A stretch of 64,000 nt of DNA from an uncultured delta proteobacterium (GTDB lineage Bacteria; Desulfobacterota; Syntrophia; Syntrophales; UBA2185): NCBI GenBank assembly GCA_963729715.1, contig CAVSPA010000005.1:352001-416000 (forward strand). The letters run 5' to 3'. Position 1 is the stretch's first letter; every line of letters starts with the position of its first letter. The notes under the pieces were generated by a model. It ran no database searches and had not been told where the DNA came from. It saw nothing but the letters and a program-made list of their open reading frames with translations. Below, one piece after another: positions 10,472 to 20,882 of the stretch. The position numbers were made by a program, and so were the translations under genes.

Positions 10472-10751
10472 GCTCGCTATATAGACTGAAAGGGATCATG
10501 AATGCTGATCCTCTCTCAGAATCTCTGGAAAGGGGGTCGATGGACGGCAAAGGAGGGAAGGGAAACCATCCATCGATCTTAAATCAATTTCAAGCAGAAC
10601 TAAATCTCGTCGATAAAGAAATCAGGGAAAAAATGTTACGCTTTATTCATATACTATGAGTCCAGCGAGACCCCAGGAGCAATGCCTTTCATGAATTATT
10701 TCATCAGATTAAAATCCCAAAGGTGTCTTCCTGCCTTCTGAGGTCTCGTAA
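10425..10751 (-). ncRNA. Putative sigma54-dependent structured small RNA (about 325 nt) with two UCCCUCCUUU loops
   Basis: Four stems (10666-10748, 10537-10576, 10486-10519, 10432-10471); G-U pairs work only on the minus strand; ends in hairpin plus 7 U; consensus -24/-12 promoter just upstream. Confidence 0.6.
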
Positions 10752-10761
10752 TTAACAATCT

Positions 10762-10778
10762 AGCAAAATAGATGCCAA
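10762..10778 (-). promoter_or_regulatory. Sigma54 (-24/-12) promoter
   Basis: Minus strand TTGGCATCTATTTTGCT with GG-N10-GC spacing. Confidence 0.75.
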
Positions 10779-10920
10779 GCTTGAAATTAACAAAAAAGGA
10801 AATTCAAATTATACAGAATTTTCCTATAAAAACAGACTATTACGAAATTTAAGGATATTGCTATTTTCATTGATGCAAAGGCAATGTGACAAGTTGCAAC
10901 GAGGCACCAGCAAGCAAATA

Positions 10921-11028
10921 GTGCGATTCCTGCACAACATAAACTCTCATGAAATTGGCAAATGCGCGAACAGCTAATATCTTGCCTTCTGTGCATTAGT
11001 AGCACATTATGTGCGATAATGGCACATA
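10921..11028. promoter_or_regulatory. Three GTGC-N7-GCAC palindromes (candidate enhancer-binding-protein sites)
   Basis: GTGCGATTCCTGCAC 10921-10935, TGTGCATTAGTAGCACA 10990-11006, TATGTGCGATAATGGCACATA 11008-11028. Confidence 0.6.
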
Positions 11029-11290
11029 GAAAAGTTGTTTTGAAAGGGATAAGAAAAGAGCGTATGGATCCTCAAAAAATGCCGCAATTGGCAATTCTTT
11101 GAAACTCCATTTTCTTCAAATTTCTGAATTTTACATTTACGATATCTGTCGACAATTAAGAGAGATCGACGATAGAAATAGTATTTTTGTGATAGCGAAA
11201 TTCTCATGGATGAAATATAATAATACCAATGTCTTGGATTCCCGCCTCCGCGAGATTGCAGCTTGAAATATTCAATAAGAGGATTCATCC

Positions 11291-12673
11291 ATGGATGGCT
11301 TTTCGGATACTGTCGCGCTTTCACGGATGCAGTTTGCCCTCACTGCAATGTTTCACATCCTCTGGCCGGTTGCAACAATTGGCGTGAGTCTCTTTCTCGT
11401 ATTCCTTGAATCTTGCTGGATATGGACCGGAAGAGAGGAGTACTATCGCCATGCACGTTTCTGGAGCCGCCTATTCTTTCTGAACGTTGCCCTCGGCGTA
11501 GCCACGGGCATTCCCCTCGAGTTTCAGTTCGGGACAAACTGGAGTTTCTTCTCACGTGCCGGGGGCGATTTTTTCGGACACATGTTGGGATATGAGGCCG
11601 CTATGGCCTTCATGCTGGAGGCAAGTTTCATCGGGATCATGATATTCGGATGGAAAAAGGTCTCGCCTCAATTGCATCTTTTCGCCACTTCCATGGTGGC
11701 TCTGGGCGCTTCGCTTTCAGCATTCTGGATCGTGGTCGCTAACTCCTGGATGCAGACACCTGCGGGCGGCTACTTCGACAAGGGAAAATTTATCGTCACA
11801 GACTATCTACGGGCCATCTTCAACCCGGACATGGTATGGAGCGTCCCCCATATGTGGGTTGCTGCTCTTGAGATATCCGTCTTCGTCGTAGGAGGACTGA
11901 GCGCCTGGTATATCCACAAGAGACGGCATACGGACTTCTTTCTCGCTTCCTTCAAATGGGCCGTTATCGCGGCCATCGTAATAACTCCCCTGCAGATCTG
12001 GCTTGGCGATGGTGCAGGCCGGGGGACTTACGACTATGATCCCGCGAAACTTGCCGCCTTCGAAGCCCACTGGCAAACCAATCCCCAGGGGCACGGTGCC
12101 CCTTTCATCGTCCTCGCCTGGCCCGACCCCAAGAAACAGGATAACAGCTGGTCTATCGGAATACCCGGCCTTCTCAGCCTGCTCACCACACATACTATGA
12201 CCGGCCAGGTCAGGGGCCTGCGCGAATTCCTTCGTGAAGACCGGCCGCCAGTTGCCATCCCTTTTTATGCGTTTCGGATCATGGTCGCAATCGGCACAGC
12301 GCTATTCCTTCTCATGCTCTGGACCCTTTGGGTGTGGCGGAAAGGAGGGCTTGATGCGATGCGCGTCGCTACCCAGAAGTGGCTACTTCGGGCTTGGATG
12401 GCGGCGCTTCCCCTGAGCTATCTCGCCATGGAGACGGGGTGGGCAACCCGTGAAGTGGGCCGCCAACCTTGGGTAATCCACGGGCTCCTACGGACGGGAG
12501 ACGCAGCCTCCAATATACCAGCCGTTACGGTAGCAGGATCACTTGCCGCTTTCGCTCTGGTTTATGCAATTCTTACGATTTTATTTTTCGCATTTGCTTG
12601 GCGCATCATCGCCCGCGGACCGGAACCGCCGAGCGAAAGCGCAGGCGGTCCCGCGAATTCTGGAAAGGAATAA
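11291..12673 (+). CDS. cydA: Cytochrome bd quinol oxidase subunit I (short Q-loop)
   Basis: [42 protein letters not shown]. Confidence 0.96.
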   Translation: MDGFSDTVALSRMQFALTAMFHILWPVATIGVSLFLVFLESCWIWTGREEYYRHARFWSRLFFLNVALGVATGIPLEFQFGTNWSFFSRAGGDFFGHMLGYEAAMAFMLEASFIGIMIFGWKKVSPQLHLFATSMVALGASLSAFWIVVANSWMQTPAGGYFDKGKFIVTDYLRAIFNPDMVWSVPHMWVAALEISVFVVGGLSAWYIHKRRHTDFFLASFKWAVIAAIVITPLQIWLGDGAGRGTYDYDPAKLAAFEAHWQTNPQGHGAPFIVLAWPDPKKQDNSWSIGIPGLLSLLTTHTMTGQVRGLREFLREDRPPVAIPFYAFRIMVAIGTALFLLMLWTLWVWRKGGLDAMRVATQKWLLRAWMAALPLSYLAMETGWATREVGRQPWVIHGLLRTGDAASNIPAVTVAGSLAAFALVYAILTILFFAFAWRIIARGPEPPSESAGGPANSGKE

Positions 12674-12676
12674 ATA

Positions 12677-13690
12677 ATGGAGTGGCTTGACGCCCATGTC
12701 GCGCAGATCTGGTTCCTGATAATCGGTTTTCTTGTCCTCTATTACGCCGTCGCGGACGGCACAGATCTGGGCATTGGCATCATCGCCCTTTCTACTCGAG
12801 ATGAGGAGACGCGTGGCATCATGATGAAGAGCCTCCAAAACGTCTGGCAGGAAAATCAGACCTGGCTTGTTGTCTTAGGCGGGATGCTCTTCGGAGCATT
12901 CCCTCTCTTTTACAGCGTAGCACTTTCGGCTTTTTATGTGCCCATAATAGTGATGCTCTTCGGCTTGATGTTCCGCGGGTTGGCCTTTGAACTTCGTGAC
13001 AGCTCCAAGAGACCTTCTCTCTGGAGCCTCTCCTTCGGGTGGGGGAGCCTTGCAACCGCCCTCTCTCAGGGCTTCACCCTGGGAGGCATCTTTTACGGAA
13101 TCCCCATGGAGGGGTATACCTTTACAGGAACGGTGTGGAGCTGGTTTCATCCGTACTCTGTTCTCTTCACTCTGGGCGTGGTTTCAGGTTACATAATGTT
13201 GGCGTCAAACTACCTCATCCTTAAAACAGAGGGCGAAGTCCAACGACAGGGCAGGTTTTATTCATCCTTATCCGCTTATTTGACGTTTATCATCGCCATC
13301 TCGATTTACATCTGGACTATCGCCAGACATTCTTATATGGCGCAAAAATGGCTCGCTATGCCCGGCCTCATTAACGTTGCTATCTTTCCTTTCTTTGCCC
13401 TTCTTGCTTTTATCATGTGCCTCCGGAGTCTGCGCGGTCGATCGGAGTTTGCCCCTTTCATCTGGAATGTATCCTTCATATTCTTTGCCTTCATTGGCCT
13501 CTCCGTGGGCTTTTACCCCTACATCATCCCAGACATGGTCACTATCAGGAACGCCGCTGTGTCTTCACCCAAGACTCTTATCTTCATGCTCGCAGTGATC
13601 ATCATTGTCCTTCCGGTAATTCTCACTTACATCGGCTACAAACACTGGGTCTTCCGCGGAAAAGTTAGAAACGGCGGCTATGGTGAATAG
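12677..13690 (+). CDS. cydB: Cytochrome bd quinol oxidase subunit II
   Basis: DGTDLGIG, WQENQTWLV..GG.LFGAFP, RGLAFELR, VFRGKV. Confidence 0.95.
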   Translation: MEWLDAHVAQIWFLIIGFLVLYYAVADGTDLGIGIIALSTRDEETRGIMMKSLQNVWQENQTWLVVLGGMLFGAFPLFYSVALSAFYVPIIVMLFGLMFRGLAFELRDSSKRPSLWSLSFGWGSLATALSQGFTLGGIFYGIPMEGYTFTGTVWSWFHPYSVLFTLGVVSGYIMLASNYLILKTEGEVQRQGRFYSSLSAYLTFIIAISIYIWTIARHSYMAQKWLAMPGLINVAIFPFFALLAFIMCLRSLRGRSEFAPFIWNVSFIFFAFIGLSVGFYPYIIPDMVTIRNAAVSSPKTLIFMLAVIIIVLPVILTYIGYKHWVFRGKVRNGGYGE

Positions 13691-14050
13691 AGACCCTTTG
13701 CTTCTCGTCATTTCCGTGCGGACTGCGTCATAATTCTCAAGTTTGTCTGTCGTCCAAAGCACTGCATGTCGGCGCAGAAGACACGAAAAATCTCAAAGAT
13801 TATTCGTATACGTTTGGAATGACATTTCTCTTTATGATGGAATAGTACTACCGTGGACGTAAGGGAGTTTTGCTCTTCCCGAAACCATCATAATTACTTC
13901 TGACACAGATTAACCTCCTCACGCGCTCATCTATTCCCTGAGCGCCAACTGCGGTATTTCGCCGCCTAAAATAAGGCATCCCTTGATAGATTAAATAAAT
14001 TATTCATCTACAATACATACAGCGGCAGGAGCTGCCATGGAGGGAATTCA

Positions 14051-15412
14051 GTGAAAGAATACGACGTCATCGTAATAGGCGCCGGCACGGGACTGAGCAT
14101 TGCGTTCAAGGCACAGGCCAGCAAACTCAAAGTCGCCCTCATTGACAAGGCGAATGTGGGAGGAACCTGCGTCAACGTGGGTTGCGTCCCATCTAAGATA
14201 TTAATCTATCATGCCGACAGGATCGCAGATATAGAAGAGGCGAAAAAGCTGGGAATCGAGGCAAAAGTGAAGCGCATAGATTTTCCTGCCATCATGGATC
14301 GCATGAAGGCAACCATAGACGAGAGCCGGACATGGATGAGAAATGAGATTGCAAGTTCGGAGGGACTGGATTTTTTCAACGATGAAGCGCGGTTTGTTGA
14401 TGACTATACCCTGAATGTTGGCAGGGAAACTGTGAGAGGCCGGAAGATATTCGTAGCCACTGGCGCTCGGCCCCTCATACCGCCCATCAACGGTGTTAAT
14501 AAGATCAATTATCTAACCAATGAAAACCTGCTCAATCTCCGGGAAAGGCCGGAAAGCATCATTATCATCGGTGGTGGCTATATCGGGGTCGAATATGCGC
14601 ACTTCTTTGCGGCCATGGGAACCAAGGTAACCATAGTCCAGAGACAAAGCAGGCTCCTCGCCAACGAGGAACCGGAGATAGCAGACCATCTTAAAGAGGT
14701 ACTCTCGAAGCGCATGGACATACTGACCAACTGGGAGACTGTGGAAGTCTGGGAGAAGAAGGGCGTTTATACTGTAATGCTAAAGAATCTTGATACGGGT
14801 TATGAGAAGGCAGTCACCGGTACCAAGATACTCGTCGCTGCAGGGCGCATATCCAATGCAGACCTCCTGGATGTCCATAAGACAGGAGTGACTACGAACC
14901 AGACTAACTACATAGACGTTGACAACACACTGCAGACCAGCAAGGCAAACATCTGGGCATTAGGCGACGCTATCGGACGCCAGATGTTCACACACGCAGG
15001 CGAAATGATGCAGCGGGTGGCCTGGCGCAATGCCACAAGCCGCAAGAAAGTATCTTTCGATTTTAGTCTCGTTCCACACGCCGTCTTTACGCGTCCACAG
15101 ATCGCCTCGCTCGGCCTCACTGAAGAACAGGCAGCGAAGAGCCACGAGATACTTGTAGGCCGGGCAAATTATTCCGACGTGGTGATGGGAGACGCCATGA
15201 TGGAAAGCGAAAGCTTCGCCAAAGCAATTGTGGAAAAGAGAACGGAGAAGATTCTCGGTTTCCATATCATCGGGCCAGATGCAGCCATCCTCATCCAGGA
15301 GGTGGTGAATGCTGTTGCACGCGGTGGAGATGTGAAATCAATAACGGATAATATGCATATCTTTCCAGCGCTTTCTGAAATCATTCCCGAGACATTGAAC
15401 AACCTGGAATAA
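14051..15412 (+). CDS. Class I pyridine nucleotide-disulfide oxidoreductase (dihydrolipoamide dehydrogenase/mycothione reductase-like)
   Basis: GAGTG, GGTCVNVGCVPSK redox disulfide, GGGYIGVE, ALGD; C-terminal HIFPALSE. Confidence 0.9.
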   Translation: MKEYDVIVIGAGTGLSIAFKAQASKLKVALIDKANVGGTCVNVGCVPSKILIYHADRIADIEEAKKLGIEAKVKRIDFPAIMDRMKATIDESRTWMRNEIASSEGLDFFNDEARFVDDYTLNVGRETVRGRKIFVATGARPLIPPINGVNKINYLTNENLLNLRERPESIIIIGGGYIGVEYAHFFAAMGTKVTIVQRQSRLLANEEPEIADHLKEVLSKRMDILTNWETVEVWEKKGVYTVMLKNLDTGYEKAVTGTKILVAAGRISNADLLDVHKTGVTTNQTNYIDVDNTLQTSKANIWALGDAIGRQMFTHAGEMMQRVAWRNATSRKKVSFDFSLVPHAVFTRPQIASLGLTEEQAAKSHEILVGRANYSDVVMGDAMMESESFAKAIVEKRTEKILGFHIIGPDAAILIQEVVNAVARGGDVKSITDNMHIFPALSEIIPETLNNLE

Positions 15413-15433
15413 CAATACTTGAGGAGCCCTTTT

Positions 15434-15745
15434 ATGGAGCATAGTAAACGTTTCGCTACCGGCTGCATTTTGAGTCTGATCTTCCTGCTCGTTGCTTCGC
15501 AGCCCCTTCTTGCCGCCGAAAAAATAGTCAGAATGGTAGTCCTCGGATGCGAGTGACAGGACACTGCGAGCAGGGTACGTGATGCCCTGAAGAAAATCCC
15601 GGGTGTTCTTAAGTACAATGCGAATCCATTCACTCACGAAGTTACCGTAAGATTCGACGACACAAAAACGAGTATTGATAAGATTGTGGCGGGACTTGCC
15701 AAGGAGGACTTCCCGGTCACAGGGGAACCGAAGATAATTCACTAA
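15434..15745 (+). CDS. Exported heavy-metal-associated (HMA/MerP-like) domain selenoprotein, 103 aa, C-E-U motif
   Basis: Absent from ORF track. GAGGAG SD; MEHSKRFATGCILSLIFLLVASQPLLA signal-like segment, then AEKIVRMVVLGCE-U(TGA 15554-15556)-QDTASRVRDALKKIPGVLKYNANPFTHEVTVRFDDTKTSIDKIVAGLAKEDFPV. Confidence 0.82.
15571..15589 (+). promoter_or_regulatory. Putative bacterial SECIS element
   Basis: CAGGGTA-CGTGA-TGCCCTG; loop starts 21 nt after UGA, with G in second loop position followed by U. Confidence 0.55.
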
Positions 15746-15930
15746 GCTTGATGCTATGCGGAGTGCTCTGTCTTGGCATGTTCACAATAAAAATCGTAAC
15801 GATGTATTTTTAATTGGGTTTTGTTCGTGTGGGCGCAGCGGCACCTTAGTTCTGGTAATCCCTCAATGGAGTCGTGAGATTCTTCCACATGGGGAATGTG
15901 AAAATAGAATTACAAGACAAGGAGTATAAG

Positions 15931-16485
15931 ATGGATAATAGACGATACCTGTGGATTTGTTTCTTTGTCGGCATGTCTGTCCTTTTCATATCTGCCTACT
16001 CTTTCGCCGCTGGCATAGAGGCCTCGAAGCTGATAGGAAAGGAAACATGGAATTTCAACCTCGCCTCCACTGATGAACGGCTAATTAACTATGGTGATGA
16101 GTATTATGGAAAGTTCTACCTTATTATGACTTTTTTCCCGGCGGCATTCACACCCGTCTGAACGGGCGAGATGCAGGGGCACCAGAAGATTCTTTCTGTC
16201 TATGCCTCTCTAAACGCCCAGGTCGTGGGCGTAAGCCGGGATGACGTGATAACCCTCAAATATTGGGCACAGAAATATAAACTTACCTTTCCCCTGCTTT
16301 CGAACATCTCCGGATATCTGGGAGATCAATACGGTGTAACCGGCGCCGACAAGTTCCTCTTTAACAGGCGCACTGTAATCGTAGATAAGAAGGCTATCAT
16401 CCGGTATGCGAAGGACGGTTCACCAAACTATGAAGAAATTCTTGCCGTCCTCAAGAAGCTTAACCATGAAGAGGCAAAAAAATGA
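15931..16485 (+). CDS. Peroxiredoxin/AhpC-TSA family selenoprotein (TxxU), 184 aa, with N-terminal signal/anchor
   Basis: ORFs 15874-16161 and 16171-16485 share a frame and join via TGA 16159-16161 as FFPAAFTPV-U-TGEMQG; U sits at the peroxidatic Cys position; VVGVSRD, FPLLS, RRTVIVDK follow; AAGGAG SD. Confidence 0.88.
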
Positions 16486-17496
16486 TATTCTTGCTGCGGC
16501 GTCATTTCAACAGCATTGCCGCCCGCTGGCAAGGTCCGAAAAAAGGGAGCTGTCAGTATCCTTTGCGGAACCGGCCGTGCTTATCAAAAAATGATTTCAC
16601 GCTGTGCTTGCAAAATTCTTCATGTTCCGGAGAATTTACCTGGATCGGGAAGTGGGAAATGGTATGCATTTCGCGTCAGGTTGATATGTTTTAGATAAAC
16701 TTCTTTGAAATATCAAACTCAAGGCTGAATTCCTTATATTATTTAAATTATTCATGAATTCCTTTGCCTAAAAATCATGCAAAGAGCTTAAAATCATCAA
16801 TAATTGATGGTTTTTATGATTCATTAACATAGTCATCAACAACCTTATCAACAAGTATGTTTATCTCTGATGCGGATGCTCTCCGAAAGCGCGTCGTTGC
16901 TTGTTTCCAGCAATGGCCTCTCCTGGAACGACCGCCTATAGAGGAAATCCACGCCATATATCTGGCTGCAGAGAATTCACGCCACTTTCAGAGAGGCGTT
17001 GCGGTTAAGGCAGGTTCCGCAAGGCTCCGCAGCATGCATCCCCGAAGATCCTTATTGGTTGTGGCTTTCGTGCGTCTCCGGTTGGAAATCCTACGAAGGA
17101 ACGAATGAAACATCGAGGCTATAGCAATTCATAAGTGAGCATTCTATGCAGAAAGTGAAGATAATCGGAGAGCATTAATTGTGTATGGGAGGTCTTTGGG
17201 GATGAACCATCCAGGATTGGGGAAGCTCTCCATAATTGCCGCGCACGATCACTCTTTCGCTTTGCTGTGAAATATCAACTCTTCGCCTATCCAATACCCG
17301 CCACTTCTCCATGATGTTTCAAAAAAAGTTTCTCTCCCGTCCGCGTAACGCGTCTCGGATGCGGACACGTCTGTTGGCAGATTGACCTTATCTTCCGGCC
17401 AAATTGAATTCAACTGCATCATCGGCAATGGATTATAACTCTGATATGACGATAATAAATTTCCTTACTGGGCAAATATAAGACAAGCGACCTCGT

Positions 17497-18159
17497 TCAT
17501 ACTTTGGAGGTTGCATTTAATGGTTTCGTCTTTCTTGATTCATGGATCATCTTCGGGTAGATGATATTCTCTCTCACGCTGAGCTTCAACTTCTCCAAAT
17601 CCCCATCGACGAGGGCATTGATGATAGATTCGTGCTGAGCAACACTCAACTGGGGTATATCAAGTGAAAGATAGGCGTTATACCTTAATGCAAAGATGCC
17701 ATTCTTCAACCTGTCAAGATTGTCCGCGAGGAACCGGTTCTCAGTCATCAGATAGAGGGTCTGGTGGAATTCCTCATTTTTCAACACCATTCCTTCGATA
17801 TCACCATTCTCAACTGCTGCGGTATATTCCTTGTGGATCTTCCAGAGGAGAGATAATTTTTCCGGTGTGATCTTCTTTACCAGCAGCTCCGCTGCAAGGA
17901 GTTCCAGATTGACTCGAACACAATAAAGATCTTCCAATTCTTCGTCGGTGATGTCCGCAACTCTTGCCCCTTTGTTCGGTGTAAACTCAACGAATCCGAG
18001 ATGGGCCAGTTCCTGAATTGCCTTTCTGATCGTAAAACGCTTGACATTGAATCTCGCGATGAGTTCCGACTCCACAAGGCGCTCCCGGGGTTTCAGTTCG
18101 CTTGTCAGAATTGCCATTGCCATTCTCCAACTGAAGGAATCGGAATTCATGGTAATCAT
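17497..18159 (-). CDS. GntR family transcriptional regulator (FCD domain)
   Basis: RERLVESELIARFNVKRFTIRKAI wHTH; NEEFH and QHESII FCD motifs. Confidence 0.9.
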   Translation of the reverse strand: MITMNSDSFSWRMAMAILTSELKPRERLVESELIARFNVKRFTIRKAIQELAHLGFVEFTPNKGARVADITDEELEDLYCVRVNLELLAAELLVKKITPEKLSLLWKIHKEYTAAVENGDIEGMVLKNEEFHQTLYLMTENRFLADNLDRLKNGIFALRYNAYLSLDIPQLSVAQHESIINALVDGDLEKLKLSVRENIIYPKMIHESRKTKPLNATSKV

Positions 18160-18672
18160 AACTTCACTCAGAATCTTCTAAGCAAATCTTGAAAATGTGA
18201 AGATGAGAGGCACTTCCCATATTTCTATTGAATTTATAATTATGCCTCTCTTTGCCCGATTGATTTCTGTATGAAATCTATATCAATCTTTTTGGCTTGT
18301 CGATGATTTGTTTTTAGGAAGGCATTTGCTTTTTTGAAGCGGGAAAAAATCGGTTCAGACCTATTATGTTCGAACCCGAAATCAATGAATTGAATGAACG
18401 GAAAGTTGGCGAACATTGCTAAGACCTATGACATTCAACAGTGGGCATTCATCAGAACTGCGGATTGCAGATCGGAAAGGAATGACTGTGCCAAGGTGGA
18501 GTGGCAGGTTGTATGCCGTATCTCTATTTACTCCGACCGCCCCAAAGAATAGAAGGGAGTGAAGACCTGACAAATCCCCCTTTCAGGAGAAAGCCTGCCT
18601 GCCACTCACCCATCTACCATAACTGAAAAAGTTCTTATTCAGAATATTAGAATGAGAAATAAAAAAATTTTC

Positions 18673-18717
18673 TTGACTAAATATGTAACATTATGATAAT
18701 CAAATCATCAGATGATT
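18673..18717 (+). promoter_or_regulatory. Putative promoter and GntR/FadR-type operator for the oxalate operon
   Basis: TTGACT-N16-GATAAT followed directly by palindrome AATCATC-A-GATGATT (18703-18717). Confidence 0.5.
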
Positions 18718-18754
18718 AGATATATTCTACCATATTGAAATAGTACGTAAATCT

Positions 18755-20869
18755 ATGAATACTGGAGTCGATTTGAAAGTGAGTGAAGCCTTTGCTGAGG
18801 ATGTAGGTAAAGGCATCGTACGCCTCAGTCCCGAGGACATCAATTCATTGAAAGCCGTCCTCGGCGATATCATCGAAATTGGCGGCGAGAGGACAACCGT
18901 TGCAAGAATAACGGGTACTTTCCCTGAATCGCAAGGGAAACAACTGATTCAAATCGATGGTAACACGCGTGAGAATGCCGGCGTTCATATAGGTGGACTC
19001 GTAAAGGTTAAGAAAATACCTCGAACAACTGCGGCGACAGTTGTACTGACCCCCGTTGATTTTTCGTATGTGTTGCCGGATGAGGGTGAACTTGAACAGT
19101 TTGCAAAAGTTCTCCAGGGTCTTGCGGTTATAGCCGGCGATAAAATCAATATTCCTTTTCTGGCGGGGAAAGAGCGCTTCTTTCAGATCGAGGCAACTTC
19201 TCCCACAGGCGGAGTGATTATCAATCAGAAAACAAGATTTGTATTGAAGAAACCTGATTTTTCTTTAGATGCAGCCTCGCGTGTTTCCTATGAGAATATC
19301 GGTGGCCTTGAAAATGAGCTCAGACTCGTTCGGGAGATGGTGGAGCTTCCTCTGCGTTATGCCGAGATATTCGAAAAACTTGGTATAGAGGCGCCCAAGG
19401 GTGTTCTTCTCTATGGTCCTCCGGGAACCGGTAAAACACTGATTGCCAGAGCCATCGCGAGTGAAACCAAGCTTCACTTTATGAGGATAAACGGCCCTGA
19501 GATAATCCACAAGTATTATGGCGAGAGCGAGGCGAAGCTCAGGGAAATTTTTGAGGAGGCCTCACTAAAGGCGCCGAGCATCATCTTCATCGACGAAATC
19601 GATGCGATTGCACCCAAGCGTGCAGAGGTGTTAGGTGATGTGGAAAAAAGGGTTGTCGCTCAGCTTCTTGCCCTGATGGACGGCATGGTCTCCCGAGGAC
19701 ATGTAATTGTCATAGGCGCAACTAATATTCCAGAGATTATCGATCCCGCCTTACGCAGGCCGGGTAGATTTGATCGGGAAATTGTGATCCCAGTGCCAAA
19801 CGTCGAAGGTCGTCTCGCGATACTTGGGATTCACAGTCGCAACATGCCATTATCACCTGATGTCAACCTTGATAAACTTGCCAGTATCACTCATGCCTTT
19901 GTGGGAGCTGACCTTGAGGCTCTTTGCAAGGAGGCAGGCATGGTCGCCCTGAGAAGATACCTTTCCGTGAAAGAAGGGAACCACCTCGATACGATACTCA
20001 CAAAACTGGATAACCTCCAAATCACGATGGAGGATTTTCTAACAGCGCTCCGCGAAGTAGAACCCACGGCAACTCGTGAGTTCTTCACTGAAAGATCAAC
20101 GGTAAAATGGCATCACGTTGGGGGATTGAAAAATATCAAGGATCAGCTGATATCGATTATCGAATGGCCGACACGATATCCGGACCTTTTTGCGCTGGGA
20201 AGAGTAACTGCGCCGAAGGGAATTCTTTTCTCCGGGCCTTCCGGCGCGGGTAAAACACTTATGGCAAAGGCCCTGGCAGGAGAAACCGGCCTCAACTTTA
20301 TTTCCATCAGTGCTCCTATTCTCTTCTCAAAATGGCTGGGAGAATCGGAAAAGGCGCTTCACCAGATCTTTAAGAAAGCGAAGCAGTCGGCTCCATGCAT
20401 ACTTTTTTTTGACGAGATAGATGCCTTAGGAATGAGTCGTAATGCGGCGTTAGAAGCAAGCAGTACCGTGGAGCGCGTGTCAACGCAGTTCTTCAACGAA
20501 CTTGACAATTTGAGCGACCATTCCCAGGTTATTGTCCTCGGGGCTTCAAATAGAGAGGAGTTCCTTGATCCGGCTCTCACGCGCGCGGGTCGTCTCGATT
20601 GCATCCTGAGATTCCCGATCCCTGACGAAAAAGACCGGCTGGAAATATTCAAGGTGCACACCGGTGACAGGCCAATCCATACAGATGTTGATATAAATGA
20701 CCTGGTATTATTAACTGACGGTATGGTCGGCTCACAGATTTCTTTTATCTGCCGCAGCGCCGCCATGATGGCTATTAGTGAGCGCATCAACAGCTCTGGG
20801 AGTCCACCGGCAAAGCTTATTATCAGTACCCGTCACTTTCATGATGCCATTAAAAGCCTGGAAAAGTAG
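18755..20869 (+). CDS. CDC48/VCP-family AAA+ ATPase
   Basis: N-domain ([19 protein letters not shown]); two AAA modules [22 protein letters not shown] and [14 protein letters not shown]. Confidence 0.93.
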   Translation: MNTGVDLKVSEAFAEDVGKGIVRLSPEDINSLKAVLGDIIEIGGERTTVARITGTFPESQGKQLIQIDGNTRENAGVHIGGLVKVKKIPRTTAATVVLTPVDFSYVLPDEGELEQFAKVLQGLAVIAGDKINIPFLAGKERFFQIEATSPTGGVIINQKTRFVLKKPDFSLDAASRVSYENIGGLENELRLVREMVELPLRYAEIFEKLGIEAPKGVLLYGPPGTGKTLIARAIASETKLHFMRINGPEIIHKYYGESEAKLREIFEEASLKAPSIIFIDEIDAIAPKRAEVLGDVEKRVVAQLLALMDGMVSRGHVIVIGATNIPEIIDPALRRPGRFDREIVIPVPNVEGRLAILGIHSRNMPLSPDVNLDKLASITHAFVGADLEALCKEAGMVALRRYLSVKEGNHLDTILTKLDNLQITMEDFLTALREVEPTATREFFTERSTVKWHHVGGLKNIKDQLISIIEWPTRYPDLFALGRVTAPKGILFSGPSGAGKTLMAKALAGETGLNFISISAPILFSKWLGESEKALHQIFKKAKQSAPCILFFDEIDALGMSRNAALEASSTVERVSTQFFNELDNLSDHSQVIVLGASNREEFLDPALTRAGRLDCILRFPIPDEKDRLEIFKVHTGDRPIHTDVDINDLVLLTDGMVGSQISFICRSAAMMAISERINSSGSPPAKLIISTRHFHDAIKSLEK

Positions 20870-20882
20870 GGGGGAGCAAACA

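Noticed and set aside
10432..10576. CsrB/RsmZ-like GGA-loop RNA on the plus strand, or a mini-CRISPR
   Set aside because: Wobble pairs, U-tract and promoter all favour the minus strand; only two imperfect repeats and no cas genes
10342..10659. 105-aa plus-strand ORF with repeated KGGK
   Set aside because: No SD or family motif; the repeats are the reverse complement of the RNA hairpin loops
14051..15412. Mercuric reductase MerA or genuine lpdA
   Set aside because: No C-terminal Cys pair or NmerA domain; no catalytic His and no E1/E2 neighbours, so no symbol was assigned
16482..17490. Possible degraded gene or short ORFs; CATCAA-TAA-TTGATG palindrome near 16795-16809
   Set aside because: No recognisable motif in the frames I read; the palindrome has no clear target gene
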